NCBI GenBank assembly: GCA_963699385.1 | Contig: CAVOTQ010000017.1 | Span: forward strand, 37,277 to 101,276 | Reading direction: 5' to 3' | Source: an uncultured Acidobacteriota bacterium | GTDB lineage: Bacteria; Acidobacteriota; Terriglobia; Terriglobales; Acidobacteriaceae | DNA: 64,000 bases | Shown here: one piece after another, positions 14,279 through 23,687 of the stretch | Layout of the letters: each line of letters opens with the position of its first letter | Numbering within the stretch: position 1 is the first letter of the stretch | Translations under genes and position numbers: made by a program | The notes under the pieces: model-generated | Database searches by the model: none | Seen by the model: only the letters and a program-made list of their open reading frames with translations | What the model was told of the DNA's origin: nothing

Positions 14279-14707
14279 CTATGAATGTGCTGAAATTCGG
14301 ATCGAAATGAGATAGATCGCCATGGCCAATCCAACAAGCGCCAGAAAAAAAGCGATTGTGACCGCCATGATCCAGGGGCGGGAATGAGATGTCTGACCGC
14401 GATCCAATTCCCGGACCAATTGGATGTGGTTCCACCCTGCGGCAACATTCACGATGACCCCAACCGCCATTAGTGCGGTGCCGAACCACAGGGACAGACC
14501 GTAGGACGCCGACGCGGGGGTGCGTTGCAAGATTTGAATCTGCTGGAGAAACAGTCCGAAGCGCGCCACCACAAAACCAAACCCCATCAAGGCCAGGCCG
14601 GTGCGAATCCACGCAAGAAGAGTGCGCTCAGCTGCCAAATAATCGCTGAGACCAGACTTCTTCGCATTTTCTGCGGGAATATCCACGTGTCGCGTCTCCT
14701 TCATCAC
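14279..14707 (-). CDS. DUF202/YidH family inner-membrane protein
   Basis: DYLAAERTLLAWIRTGLALMGFGFVVARF; three hydrophobic segments. Confidence 0.9.
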   Translation of the reverse strand: MMKETRHVDIPAENAKKSGLSDYLAAERTLLAWIRTGLALMGFGFVVARFGLFLQQIQILQRTPASASYGLSLWFGTALMAVGVIVNVAAGWNHIQLVRELDRGQTSHSRPWIMAVTIAFFLALVGLAMAIYLISIRISAHS

Positions 14708-14728
14708 TAAGATCGTCAGAATACGGGA

Positions 14729-16129
14729 CTACGGCAGTCGCGCCGGAACGAGGCCAACCATGAAGCTCACTCGCCGTGCCGCCTCGCTCGCCACAGGGTA
14801 CTCCTCGAGGAGTCCCGCGCCCGCAAACCTCCGGTAATCGGCCGTTCGCCCAGTGGCCGCGAAACTCACGAATTCGATAGATAACGGCGCAGCGGGGATG
14901 CGTGCGCCGAACCAGTGCGGATCATCGCGCTGCGCCCAAGTAACGAGCGCCAACACAGCACCGGCTGAGTACGTAGTCGCCGGCGGTCCGCTCACCGTGG
15001 TTTGACCTCGGGCGTCCATGCCGTCAATGGCGGCGTCGTTGCCGTAGAGCGTCGCCGTCGTGCGTGTCTTCGGGTCAACGTACATGGTGATTGCCCTCCA
15101 GCCGAGGGGCTGATACGGGAGGCTTGGCGGAAGAGCGGCGGCGTTGTTGTTCACCACTTCATTCCCATTCGCCTGAATCGATGTGATCGGCAGCGTATAG
15201 ACGTAGTCGTTGCCGCGGACGGGCAGATGGCAGCCAGTGCATTCGTTTACAAAACGCCCGTCCTGGCCATAGGGCTTCAAATCCAAACCGCGCCAACGGC
15301 CCCAGCCCCAGCCAACGGTGTCCTTGTAGAGATGAGCATTTTTTATCATCAGCTCCACCTGCACGAATTTGCCAGGATGCAACAGGCCATCGGGACCGAG
15401 TTCCTGCTGCCAGGCGATCTTTGCGAAGCGCGCTCCGTCCGGCCAGGGCGAGATGTTACCGGACAGTGCCGCTCTTACAGCGATGTCGTTGCCGAGAATG
15501 AACCGAAAAGTGTTATTGTCGCCGCGATCAGTGGTGCTAATCGGCTTCCAGTTTTCGAAGCTTGCATCGAATGGGATTCCGTTGAACTCCGGGCGCACGG
15601 TCGTTAGAGGTACCGGTGAGTTGGATTCCGCAGCAGCAATCGCCCGTACGTCATCGGTCTTCTTTCGGGAGCTTTCGGATACCGGATTCTGATAGACCGG
15701 GAGTGGCTTCCATGGCGAGAGATACGCCTTCAGTGTCGCGAGTTCCTCGGGAGTAACCTTCGCATCGGGATGGAGCTTCACGAAGTTTGAAAGCGGCATC
15801 GCGCCAAGTTGGATCATGTTGACAGCTTCGTAGAGCGTTGCCTTCTGCATGGCCGGAGGCTTCGAGCCCAGTGTTGAGAAATTCAAGTGCTCACGCGCCG
15901 TGAGGACGTCGTGCCGCACGAGCCAATAAGCGGGTACGATTTCATCGAACCACGAGAGCCGGCGCTGGTCCGAATGGCAGCTGTAGCAGTCCTTTTCAAG
16001 GATTCGCCTGACTTCAATCGGTGCTTCGAACTCGGCAGTTGCGGGCTTGGCTGGGATGCCAGGTCGTACTAGCTGAAGAACTGCAAATACCGCGACTCCC
16101 ACAAGGAACAGTTTGCCAAAGATCTTCAT
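14729..16129 (-). CDS. Haem-binding domain + cytochrome P460 + degenerate second P460-like domain fusion
   Basis: CYSCH in Haem_bd-like N-domain; WPDGARFAKIAW, VQVELMIK, WGWGRW, CTGCH; C-terminal repeat without CxxCH; AGGAG RBS. Confidence 0.8.
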   Translation of the reverse strand: MKIFGKLFLVGVAVFAVLQLVRPGIPAKPATAEFEAPIEVRRILEKDCYSCHSDQRRLSWFDEIVPAYWLVRHDVLTAREHLNFSTLGSKPPAMQKATLYEAVNMIQLGAMPLSNFVKLHPDAKVTPEELATLKAYLSPWKPLPVYQNPVSESSRKKTDDVRAIAAAESNSPVPLTTVRPEFNGIPFDASFENWKPISTTDRGDNNTFRFILGNDIAVRAALSGNISPWPDGARFAKIAWQQELGPDGLLHPGKFVQVELMIKNAHLYKDTVGWGWGRWRGLDLKPYGQDGRFVNECTGCHLPVRGNDYVYTLPITSIQANGNEVVNNNAAALPPSLPYQPLGWRAITMYVDPKTRTTATLYGNDAAIDGMDARGQTTVSGPPATTYSAGAVLALVTWAQRDDPHWFGARIPAAPLSIEFVSFAATGRTADYRRFAGAGLLEEYPVASEAARRVSFMVGLVPARLP

Positions 16130-16464
16130 CGAGTTGAAAATCTCCTATTTGGAAAGGGCACAATCTGCATCGTCAAACGCCCGAGGAAGTGACGCTGACA
16201 GAATGGACTCAAGCTCGGGTCGGATCCTGGCGCCCTGTCATAATGATCACCCACCCGGTCAAGTGTGTGAGGTGTCAAACAATTCAAGTCTGAGTGAATC
16301 ATGAGTAATCCCTGGCCTCTTGCTGAGGTTCGACCCCCTTCCCTGGCAGTACCCGGAAATCCTTTGAATGGATTCTCATTCTCCTCGCATTTGTATTTAG
16401 TTACACACGGGTCTTCAGGAGATACGGAGGCGGGCAAAGATGGGAATCTTGACCAGGTCCATGA

Positions 16465-17256
16465 CTACGCCGAACGCGAGCGCAGCGCCAATCTTAGGGT
16501 ATCTCGATCTTGATTCCGGGCGGGAAGTAAAAGGCCTACGCGTCTGCGCACCCTGGTAGATAAAATTCGCTTTGCCCGACACACCCTCGACTTGATCTTA
16601 GCGACACTGACGTTAAGGGCAGCAGCCGCCTCACTTTGAGTATTCTCGTCCAGGATGCACATCTGGAATGCTGCTTTATAACAATGACCCAGCCCGTCAA
16701 GTGCGTCCCGTAGGATGGTTTGCATTTCCGCTGTCTCGCAATGATCTTCCGGATTGTTTCGGGCATCGGGCGGATCGTACGCCGACAACCGATCAGCATC
16801 GAAGAAGTCTTCCAGCGAGACATGGACTGGCTCTCTGTGGTTTCGGACGTGCTCAAGAGTTGCGTTGCGCACAATCGCATAGAGCCAGGTTCTCATCCCT
16901 GACTCGCCGCGAAAGCGCGGCAAGGCTCTGAATGCCCTCAAAAGGGACTCCTGCACGATTTCCTCCGCGATTTCTCGGCGACCCACGATTCGTTGCGCTT
17001 GCCAAAGCAATCTGGGACGATCCTGGATGATTGTCTGTTCAAATCTGGCGAGAGTTGTTTCCGGGGCATTTGAAGGAGTCCCGTCCTCATTTTGGGCCCG
17101 GGCAGCTGGCCACGAAATGTTTTTTTCGGATCGAGGGCTGAGCTGCGAAACTCTTGTGTCAGCCCCCGAATCTGATTCAATGTTCGTCCGGCCGTATTCT
17201 CTTGTTTTCGCTTGTCCGTACACGCGTAAGAATTCTGACGGGCTATCAACGGGCAT
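16465..17256 (-). CDS. ECF family sigma-70 factor with N-terminal extension
   Basis: AEEIVQESLLRAFRALPRFRGES...TWLYAIVRN (region 2), EAAAALNVSVAKIKSRVCRAKR (region 4); likely start MPVDS at 17256. Confidence 0.88.
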   Translation of the reverse strand: MPVDSPSEFLRVYGQAKTREYGRTNIESDSGADTRVSQLSPRSEKNISWPAARAQNEDGTPSNAPETTLARFEQTIIQDRPRLLWQAQRIVGRREIAEEIVQESLLRAFRALPRFRGESGMRTWLYAIVRNATLEHVRNHREPVHVSLEDFFDADRLSAYDPPDARNNPEDHCETAEMQTILRDALDGLGHCYKAAFQMCILDENTQSEAAAALNVSVAKIKSRVCRAKRILSTRVRRRVGLLLPARNQDRDTLRLALRSRSA

Positions 17257-17779
17257 CTTGCCGGCTCCTCTCGAAATGACTGACCAGGAGGCGCCCGATT
17301 CTGCCACGCAAGGCTTCCTGTGTATCTCCCACCGTGACGCGATCGTCGTAAAGCGCATCCTCCATAAATCCCTCGCCGTGGCGAACTACCAAAATCTTGG
17401 TGCGAGGCCACCGTTGGCGGATCAGGCGACTGGAGGCCTCGAGTTCGATTGTCGAGAGCGTCCTATTGAGAATGACGAGGTGAATGATCTCCTGGATTGG
17501 AATCGTCCATAACTCTCGATAGTCGTCGACGATTGAAATCGTCAAGTTCGGTTCCCCGAGCAAAGCAGATCGGACCACGTTGCCTGACTCCATTGGACCT
17601 ACAATCAGGACGTGATTCCCCCTTTGGCTTGTAGACCCGTCGGGATGTACGCCGTTTCCGGCATCTCTCCCGAAACTCACATGATCCTTTCGAAATGCGC
17701 TCACGCTGCCCACCACCTCCGTTAACAAGCACGACTTCATCTTTCGAAGAGACAACACGATAACTTTCGACGTGCTCAT
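17246..17779 (-). CDS. Degenerate receiver-like (CheY-fold) protein
   Basis: HVLIVGP...IHLVILNRTL...LIRQRWPRTKILVV pattern with Asn at the phospho-Asp position; overlaps the sigma start. Confidence 0.55.
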   Translation of the reverse strand: MSTSKVIVLSLRKMKSCLLTEVVGSVSAFRKDHVSFGRDAGNGVHPDGSTSQRGNHVLIVGPMESGNVVRSALLGEPNLTISIVDDYRELWTIPIQEIIHLVILNRTLSTIELEASSRLIRQRWPRTKILVVRHGEGFMEDALYDDRVTVGDTQEALRGRIGRLLVSHFERSRQDAR

Positions 17780-17927
17780 GGTGCCTTTTCTTTTTCTTTC
17801 ACGTTTCACTTGCCGCACTCATCAAAGCGCGAGACAGCCTTGAGGAAATCAAGTACGGGTGTCATTTGGAATTCAGGCTTGTTTGCCAATTCTGTTTTCG
17901 GCATAGCAGCCGTCACTCGCTTCAGTC

Positions 17928-17974
17928 ATTAAAGCGCTGGCCGGCCTTAAGCGATTCTGAAGTGTCTCTGAAGT
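17928..17974 (-). promoter_or_regulatory. Tandem-repeat regulator box plus -10 (copy 1)
   Basis: Minus strand acttcagagacacttcagaatcgcttaagg-N11-tttaat; 27/30 identical to 21590-21619. Confidence 0.75.
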
Positions 17975-18182
17975 TTTCGAGTTCACCACTCGTTGTCGTT
18001 GGCCGGTATTCACTTGCGAATGCGTATGGCTTTTGGCTGTCTTTGTGGCGGACGTCTCTGTTGCACATATGAATCAGCCGTCATCGACATGAAGAGCGGC
18101 GACATCGCGCGATTGCGGACACTCGAGATGGAGTTAGCATCACCGGGAATAGTCGATCAGGTGGAGAATCGAGGATTGAAGC

Positions 18183-18217
18183 AAAAAAGGTGGTCGGATC
18201 CACGATCCGGCCACCTT
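18183..18217 (-). terminator. Intrinsic terminator of the FecR-like gene
   Basis: aaaaaa ggtggtcggatc-cac-gatccggccacc hairpin giving a U-tract on the minus strand. Confidence 0.75.
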
Positions 18218-18243
18218 CCTGCGATGCGTTTCAGGCGCTTTAC

Positions 18244-19158
18244 TTATCGCCTTCCCCCGCCGCCGTGGAATCCTCCGCCACTCAATCCACCACCATCGTG
18301 GAATCCACCGCCCGCGAAGCCACGGCCGCCGTAGTAACCACGGCCGCCATAGAAGCCTCCTCCATAGAAGCCACTCCACGGATAGAAGCCCCAGCCAAAC
18401 GGACTATAGAACGGATCCCAGCCCAGGAACGTGTAGTTCCACATGTATGGATCCCAATACCATCCCGGATAGAATCCCGGCGTGTAAGCGTACTCGCCTG
18501 CGATCTGGTTGTTGGCTTCGGCCAGGTAGTGCGAGCGCAGGCTGCTCCAGTTGTAGAGCTCGTCGTTGGTGGGGTGAGAATCGAAGCTCACGGTCTTTTC
18601 CCGCGATCCATCGGCCACAAGCGCCAGTTCGTGATGGCTCTTTACGGACTCCCACTTACCGTTGCCTGTTTCCACCTCGGCGCGGCCGTCGAACACCAAC
18701 GCTTCCGGCTGGTTGGCGTCGAATTCGTAGTAGCCGGTCTTCAAGAGTTGCGTGGTTACGCCGTTATCGACGATCTGCACCATGTTCTGGGGAAAGATTT
18801 GGTCCACTTCAATGCCGACGCGGCCATGCTCGAGATCAACCTGCGTCTTCGCTAAGTCTGGCGAGATCATCTCCACTGCGCTGTTCGAGTCCACGCGCAG
18901 AAAAATGCCTGGGGTAAGCAGAATCTCAGCCTTCCCGGAGCCCGTGGTCAGCACCTGGCCGGCATTGAGTTCCGCGTTGCCCACGTTGCGGTTGTTCAGC
19001 GGTCTTCCATTGATAAATGCAGCGCCCTCTATATAGTTCACCGTGCCTGGACGCCCAGGGTCAGCAGAGCTGGCGGGGTTGGATACGTCGGCGCCAAACC
19101 CCGGCAACCCCGCAAGCCCCAAAGCGGCGATCGCGATAATTGTCCTCCAATGCCTCAT
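18244..19158 (-). CDS. Exported FecR-domain protein with Gly/Tyr-rich tail
   Basis: Signal peptide; PGTVNYIEG...LTTGSGKAEILLTPGIFLRV; DELYNWSSLRS; GGFYGG/GGFH repeats. Confidence 0.75.
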   Translation of the reverse strand: MRHWRTIIAIAALGLAGLPGFGADVSNPASSADPGRPGTVNYIEGAAFINGRPLNNRNVGNAELNAGQVLTTGSGKAEILLTPGIFLRVDSNSAVEMISPDLAKTQVDLEHGRVGIEVDQIFPQNMVQIVDNGVTTQLLKTGYYEFDANQPEALVFDGRAEVETGNGKWESVKSHHELALVADGSREKTVSFDSHPTNDELYNWSSLRSHYLAEANNQIAGEYAYTPGFYPGWYWDPYMWNYTFLGWDPFYSPFGWGFYPWSGFYGGGFYGGRGYYGGRGFAGGGFHDGGGLSGGGFHGGGGRR

Positions 19159-19379
19159 GGTTATTCACCTCTCACACTCGTATAAATGCGGCGGCAAGAG
19201 GAAAGTTCCGGGCGCGCAGCGAAGTCGATTTTGCGATGTGAAAGCAGAGTTCTTCACCCACGCATCTTTCGCGCGGCTGGTGCATCGACCGTTTATTACA
19301 CATTTAATCTGTGCAGGAAAACTGAGGACTGGCACTCGGCTTGTCCGGCGCATGAAGCCGCACTTGCTGGAATTGCAGT

Positions 19380-20819
19380 TTATGGGCGCTCGTCTGAAGA
19401 CCCTTCGGCGACCGGAATTCTTATGCAAAATTTGGCGCCACGTGCCTGCCCCAACTTCACGAAGATTCTGCCGCCATTGGCTTCGACTGCCCATTTAGCG
19501 ATTGGCAATCCCAGGCCTGCGCCTCCCGCATCTCGAGTCCGTGCCTCGTCGAGTCGGAAGAAGCGGTCAAATATCCTCTGCCTTGCGCCCTCCGGAATTC
19601 CCGGTCCTTCGTCTTCAATGTCGAGTTCGACGAATCCCGCCGACGGTGCGGCTCCATCTTCAGCCTGCAGCGAAAGCCGGATTGCACTGCCCGGCGGCGA
19701 ATACTTGACAGCGTTGTCGACAAGGTTGACGACAGCCATCCTCAACAAGGCGTAGTCAGCCCAGATATTGATTCCCGAGTCCCCATTCACGGAAATTGCC
19801 TGGTTCTTTTCCTCAGCCAGGACACCGACAACTGCTGCCGATTCGTTCACCAGTTCTATGAACGAGAAAATGGTTCGATGCAGTTCGACGGCACCGGACT
19901 CAGCATGAGCTAAGGTCAGAAGCGTATCAACCATCGAGTTGAGTTTTGCAACTTCTTCGAGCATGCTTCCAATCGTGTCTCGATACTCTTCGGCGCCACG
20001 CTTCCCTTGAAGGCCCACTTCTCCAACGCTGCGCATGGCGGCCAATGGAGTTCTCAGTTCATGCGCTACATCCGAGGTGAAGTGTTGCAAGCTTTCAAAG
20101 GACTCTTCAAGACGCTTGAGGAGCTCGTTCAATACGCGCGCCATGTGACCAAGTTCGTCATCTGGATTCCTGACGGGAATCCGTTCACCGAGGCGACGCG
20201 CAGTAATGCCCTCGGTGAGCTGCGCCATCTTTTCGAGTGGATCGAGAGCCTTCCCGGCCACGCGGTAACCGGCAAGTCCAGCGGCGATGAGCGCAACCGG
20301 CAATACTAGCCCGAGAAGTCCCAGGAGTTCGATTGTTCGCAGCCGAAGCGTTTCCGCGCTATAGGCAATGCGGATGAGCAGACGCGTTCCTCCAAGGGAG
20401 TGAACGTGGCTGATGGCCAAAACGTGGGTTCCATCGGCGAGTCGCAGCCTGCGAGGACTGAATCCACCGACACCTTCATTTGCTGTCGGCAAACCACCCA
20501 GCCGGTTCCCTTTGAGTTGATTATTGCGGAACAGCACGCGCCCGTCAGCGTCGAGTACTTCCATCATCCGGTCGATCAGCAGTCTCGACTGCGGCCGATT
20601 GAAATAATCTTCATGAAGTGAGAGCTTGCCTTCTTCGTTGAAGTAAAGCAAGCCCTGCACAGTCTCGATATCCTGAATTTCGGCATGGTAGAGTTGTTCG
20701 CTCAACTGCCAATATTGCACGATACAAGCAACACAAATGTAGACAGCGAGCACGCCGCCGAAGATCGCTACATACCAGAGCGTGAGACTTCTCCGGATTC
20801 GATTCGGCCAGAATGTCAT
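19380..20819 (-). CDS. HAMP-domain sensor histidine kinase
   Basis: Two TM helices, DELGHMARVLN, FTSDVAHELRTPL, NLVDNAVKY, DEGPGI, GAGLGL. Confidence 0.95.
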   Translation of the reverse strand: MTFWPNRIRRSLTLWYVAIFGGVLAVYICVACIVQYWQLSEQLYHAEIQDIETVQGLLYFNEEGKLSLHEDYFNRPQSRLLIDRMMEVLDADGRVLFRNNQLKGNRLGGLPTANEGVGGFSPRRLRLADGTHVLAISHVHSLGGTRLLIRIAYSAETLRLRTIELLGLLGLVLPVALIAAGLAGYRVAGKALDPLEKMAQLTEGITARRLGERIPVRNPDDELGHMARVLNELLKRLEESFESLQHFTSDVAHELRTPLAAMRSVGEVGLQGKRGAEEYRDTIGSMLEEVAKLNSMVDTLLTLAHAESGAVELHRTIFSFIELVNESAAVVGVLAEEKNQAISVNGDSGINIWADYALLRMAVVNLVDNAVKYSPPGSAIRLSLQAEDGAAPSAGFVELDIEDEGPGIPEGARQRIFDRFFRLDEARTRDAGGAGLGLPIAKWAVEANGGRIFVKLGQARGAKFCIRIPVAEGSSDERP

Positions 20820-21541
20820 TTTCGTTCCTCATCCATGCGAAGAACAAAGCCGACGCCCCGGACAGTATGGAGGAGTTTAATAGGGAAAGGATCGTCAATC
20901 TTTCGACGAATGCGCGCGATGTGGACATCGATCACGTTGTCCATCGAGGTATAGCGCACGGTCGTCTTCCATACATCCCGTGCCACCATCTCGCGAGAAA
21001 TGACGGTCCCACTATTGAGCAGGAGATATTCCAGCAAATCAAATTCCCGCCCCGTGAGATCGAGCGGTTTGCCGCCCCGAGTCGCAATCCGTCCTGCAAC
21101 ATCCATTCTGAGGTCGGCAAGCTGCAGCACGGAATTGGATGAAGGCGCCGCTCTGCGATGAAGGGCCCGCACGCGAGCGAGCAGTTCCGGGAAAGCGAAC
21201 GGCTTGATCAGATAGTCGTCCGCACCGGCGTCGAGACCGCGCACGCGATCTTCGATCGATCCTTTGGACGTCAGAATGAGCACAGGCATTCTGTAACCGC
21301 ATCGATGGAGCTCACGGAGGGTCTCCAGACCGCCTTGCCGAGGCAACATGAGATCTAGTAAAACTACGTCGACGGCGTCATCGCGTACCGCTTCCAACCC
21401 CGCTTCCCCTGAATGTGCAATGGTAACTCGATAACCGCTCCCCGCCAGGCCCTCGGCAATTGCGCCAGCAAGCTTCCGCTCGTCTTCGATGACAAGAATA
21501 TGGAGCGAATCGTCGCCGTGAATGCCTTCTGAACCAGCCAT
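20816..21541 (-). CDS. OmpR/CusR family response regulator
   Basis: ILVIEDE, LLDLMLP, GLDAGADDYLIKPF, LTGREFDLL, NVIDVHIARIRRKID, HTVRGVGF; 4-bp overlap with the kinase. Confidence 0.95.
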   Translation of the reverse strand: MAGSEGIHGDDSLHILVIEDERKLAGAIAEGLAGSGYRVTIAHSGEAGLEAVRDDAVDVVLLDLMLPRQGGLETLRELHRCGYRMPVLILTSKGSIEDRVRGLDAGADDYLIKPFAFPELLARVRALHRRAAPSSNSVLQLADLRMDVAGRIATRGGKPLDLTGREFDLLEYLLLNSGTVISREMVARDVWKTTVRYTSMDNVIDVHIARIRRKIDDPFPIKLLHTVRGVGFVLRMDEERK

Positions 21542-21589
21542 CGTCTACACTTTAGCTCGGTTACCAGGATTTGAGCGAGCATTGTCGAG

Positions 21590-21636
21590 ACTTCAGAAAC
21601 ACTTCAGATTTGCTTAAGGCTGCCAGGTGGTGTAAT
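21590..21636 (+). promoter_or_regulatory. Tandem-repeat regulator box plus -10 (copy 2)
   Basis: acttcagaaacacttcagatttgcttaagg-N11-tgtaat; 11-bp periodicity typical of OmpR/PhoB-family sites. Confidence 0.75.
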
Positions 21637-21866
21637 GGGTTAGTCATACTGGCTGGTGCGGACGGATCGAATCTGACTGCGACACACGGCTGGCAGCTTG
21701 TACGTATTGAGATTGCTGCGGCGATCGGGCTGCTTTTGGACGAAGAGTTGAGCAACCTGGTTGTGCAATGGTGCCATCGAACACTTCGGTGATCCCTGCA
21801 TGGGCCGGAACGGTCATGGGTTGCAACAGCCGAATCGGTTGGATTTCAATCCGTATCCCGGTGAAA

Positions 21867-22260
21867 ATGCAACGATGGAGTGCAACTCGGCCATTCAGTC
21901 TCTTGGTGATCCTCGGGTCCGTGGGGCTGGCTTTCTGTGTGTTCGCTTGGGGTCTGCGAGTATAAGCTTTCCCTTTATGACCCACCGCAGACAGTCTCCG
22001 ATAAGATTCCACAAGCCAAACTCTTATCCAGAAATGAGCAGCCTGGGATTGCGGAAGGCCCACAGGTAGTTCGAGCGAAAACCTTCACCGAGGTTAGAAA
22101 CACCGTTCCTACCGCCCTTTTTCTTATTTCGCTGTTGGCGCTCCACGTATTGAACCCGCAAGCATCCAGCTTTGCGAAACTACGCACGAGTCATTCGTGG
22201 CATCTTCGTCGCGGCCTATTCAAGATCTTCTTCGTTCGCCCCCCGCCCAATCTCGCCTAG
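21867..22260 (+). CDS. Small membrane protein ending FFVRPPPNLA, one frameshift near 21958; candidate arrest-type leader
   Basis: MQRW...LVILGSVGLAFCVFAWGL joins (Q)YKLSLYDPP...AKLLSRNE...FFVRPPP if one base is removed. Confidence 0.6.
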
Positions 22261-22403
22261 CTCTTTCTCGCCGCATAAGCATTGATGCATCTATCGCCGG
22301 CCAATTGGTCTGGCGTTGCGCGGCCTATTCTCCACCGACAAACGTGTCACATCATTTTGGCACCGGCAGTCACAGGATTTCATTTACGAGGTGCAATCGA
22401 ATC

Positions 22404-23687
22404 ATGCGAAAGCAGACTTCCTTGATTCTCGCCATGGGATTGGCGTTTCCGGCGGTGGCCAGTCTGGTTGCCTGTCACACCGCGGACAGTAAATCGGAAG
22501 CGAGAGCCGCGGCTGTTCCTTCCGCAAAGGTTGCCACAGCGCAGCGGGGCGACATTTCGCACGTGCTGACGCTGGCCGGTCAATTCGAGCCCTACCAAGT
22601 AGTGGATGTGCACCCAAAGGTTAGCGGCTATATGTCGCGCATCAACGTGGATATTGGCGACGTCGTTCATCAGGGCCAGACGCTGGCAATCCTTGAAGTG
22701 CCGGAGTTGAAGGCGCAGTTGCAGCAAACAGAGTTTCAACTCCAGGAGAGCAAAGAAGAGATCACGCAGGCGCAGAACGGGGTGAGTCGCGCCGAGGCGG
22801 AACACTCGGCTCTGCACGCCGCGTCAGAACGGCTGAAGCAGGCGGCCGCGGGAAGGCCCGGGTTGATTGCGCAACAGGAACTGGACGATGCACAGGCCAA
22901 GGATTTGTCGTCGGAGGCCCAGGTAGACGCAGCCAAATCGGCGTTGGCGGCGGCACAGCAACACGCAAACGCAGCACGGTCGGACAATCAGCGCATTGCG
23001 GCCATGGAAAGCTACACGAACGTGACGGCGCCTCTGGACGGGGTCGTGATTTGGCGCTACGCGGACACCGGCGCATTGATCCAGGGCGGCACCAACTCCA
23101 ACGATCAGGCACTCCCCATCGTGCGGCTGTCGCAGAGCAATCTTCTCCGGCTGCGCGTCCCGGTGCCCGAGGACGATGTGAAATACGTCCAGGCCGGGGA
23201 CCAGTTGCAGGTGCGCGTGGATGCGATCGGCCGTTCTTTTACGGGAAAGATTGTGCGCTTCACGCGCGATGTGAATTTCGAAACCCGGACCATGGAAACG
23301 GAAGTGGATGTGGAGAACAAGGATCTCTCCATTGCGCCTGGGATGTATGCCAATACGATGTTGCAACTGGCGCACGTAACCAACGTGGTGACGATTCCCG
23401 TTGAGGCACTGGTGCTCAACGGGCAGCAGGAGACTATCTACGTGCTCGACGGCAGCAATCATATTCATATTCGCAACGTCACCGTGGGACTCGAGGGATC
23501 GAAACTCGCCGAGATCACCAGCGGACTCAACCCTGGAGACCGGGTGGTAGTAGGGGGCCAGGATAAGTACCAGGAGGGCGAAGAAGTGAACCCGCTGCTG
23601 ACCGCTTCGCCCGCTTCAGAGACCGTGCAGGAGACAGGCGGCATGATCGACATGAAGGCCGAAACGAGCGATGGAGGCGCGCACTGA
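22404..23687 (+). CDS. RND efflux membrane fusion protein (lipoprotein-like)
   Basis: LVAC lipobox; VHPKVSGY...VDIGDVV; VTAPLDGVV; TRTMETEVDV; PGMYA; GLNPGDRVV. Confidence 0.93.
   Translation: MRKQTSLILAMGLAFPAVASLVACHTADSKSEARAAAVPSAKVATAQRGDISHVLTLAGQFEPYQVVDVHPKVSGYMSRINVDIGDVVHQGQTLAILEVPELKAQLQQTEFQLQESKEEITQAQNGVSRAEAEHSALHAASERLKQAAAGRPGLIAQQELDDAQAKDLSSEAQVDAAKSALAAAQQHANAARSDNQRIAAMESYTNVTAPLDGVVIWRYADTGALIQGGTNSNDQALPIVRLSQSNLLRLRVPVPEDDVKYVQAGDQLQVRVDAIGRSFTGKIVRFTRDVNFETRTMETEVDVENKDLSIAPGMYANTMLQLAHVTNVVTIPVEALVLNGQQETIYVLDGSNHIHIRNVTVGLEGSKLAEITSGLNPGDRVVVGGQDKYQEGEEVNPLLTASPASETVQETGGMIDMKAETSDGGAH

Noticed and set aside
16266-16281. CRP/FNR-like site tgtgaggtgtcaaaca upstream of the P460 gene
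   Set aside because: Only one half-site matches
19331-19346. Sigma-54-like tggcactcggcttgtc
   Set aside because: Lacks the -12 GC and points against the direction of the neighbouring genes
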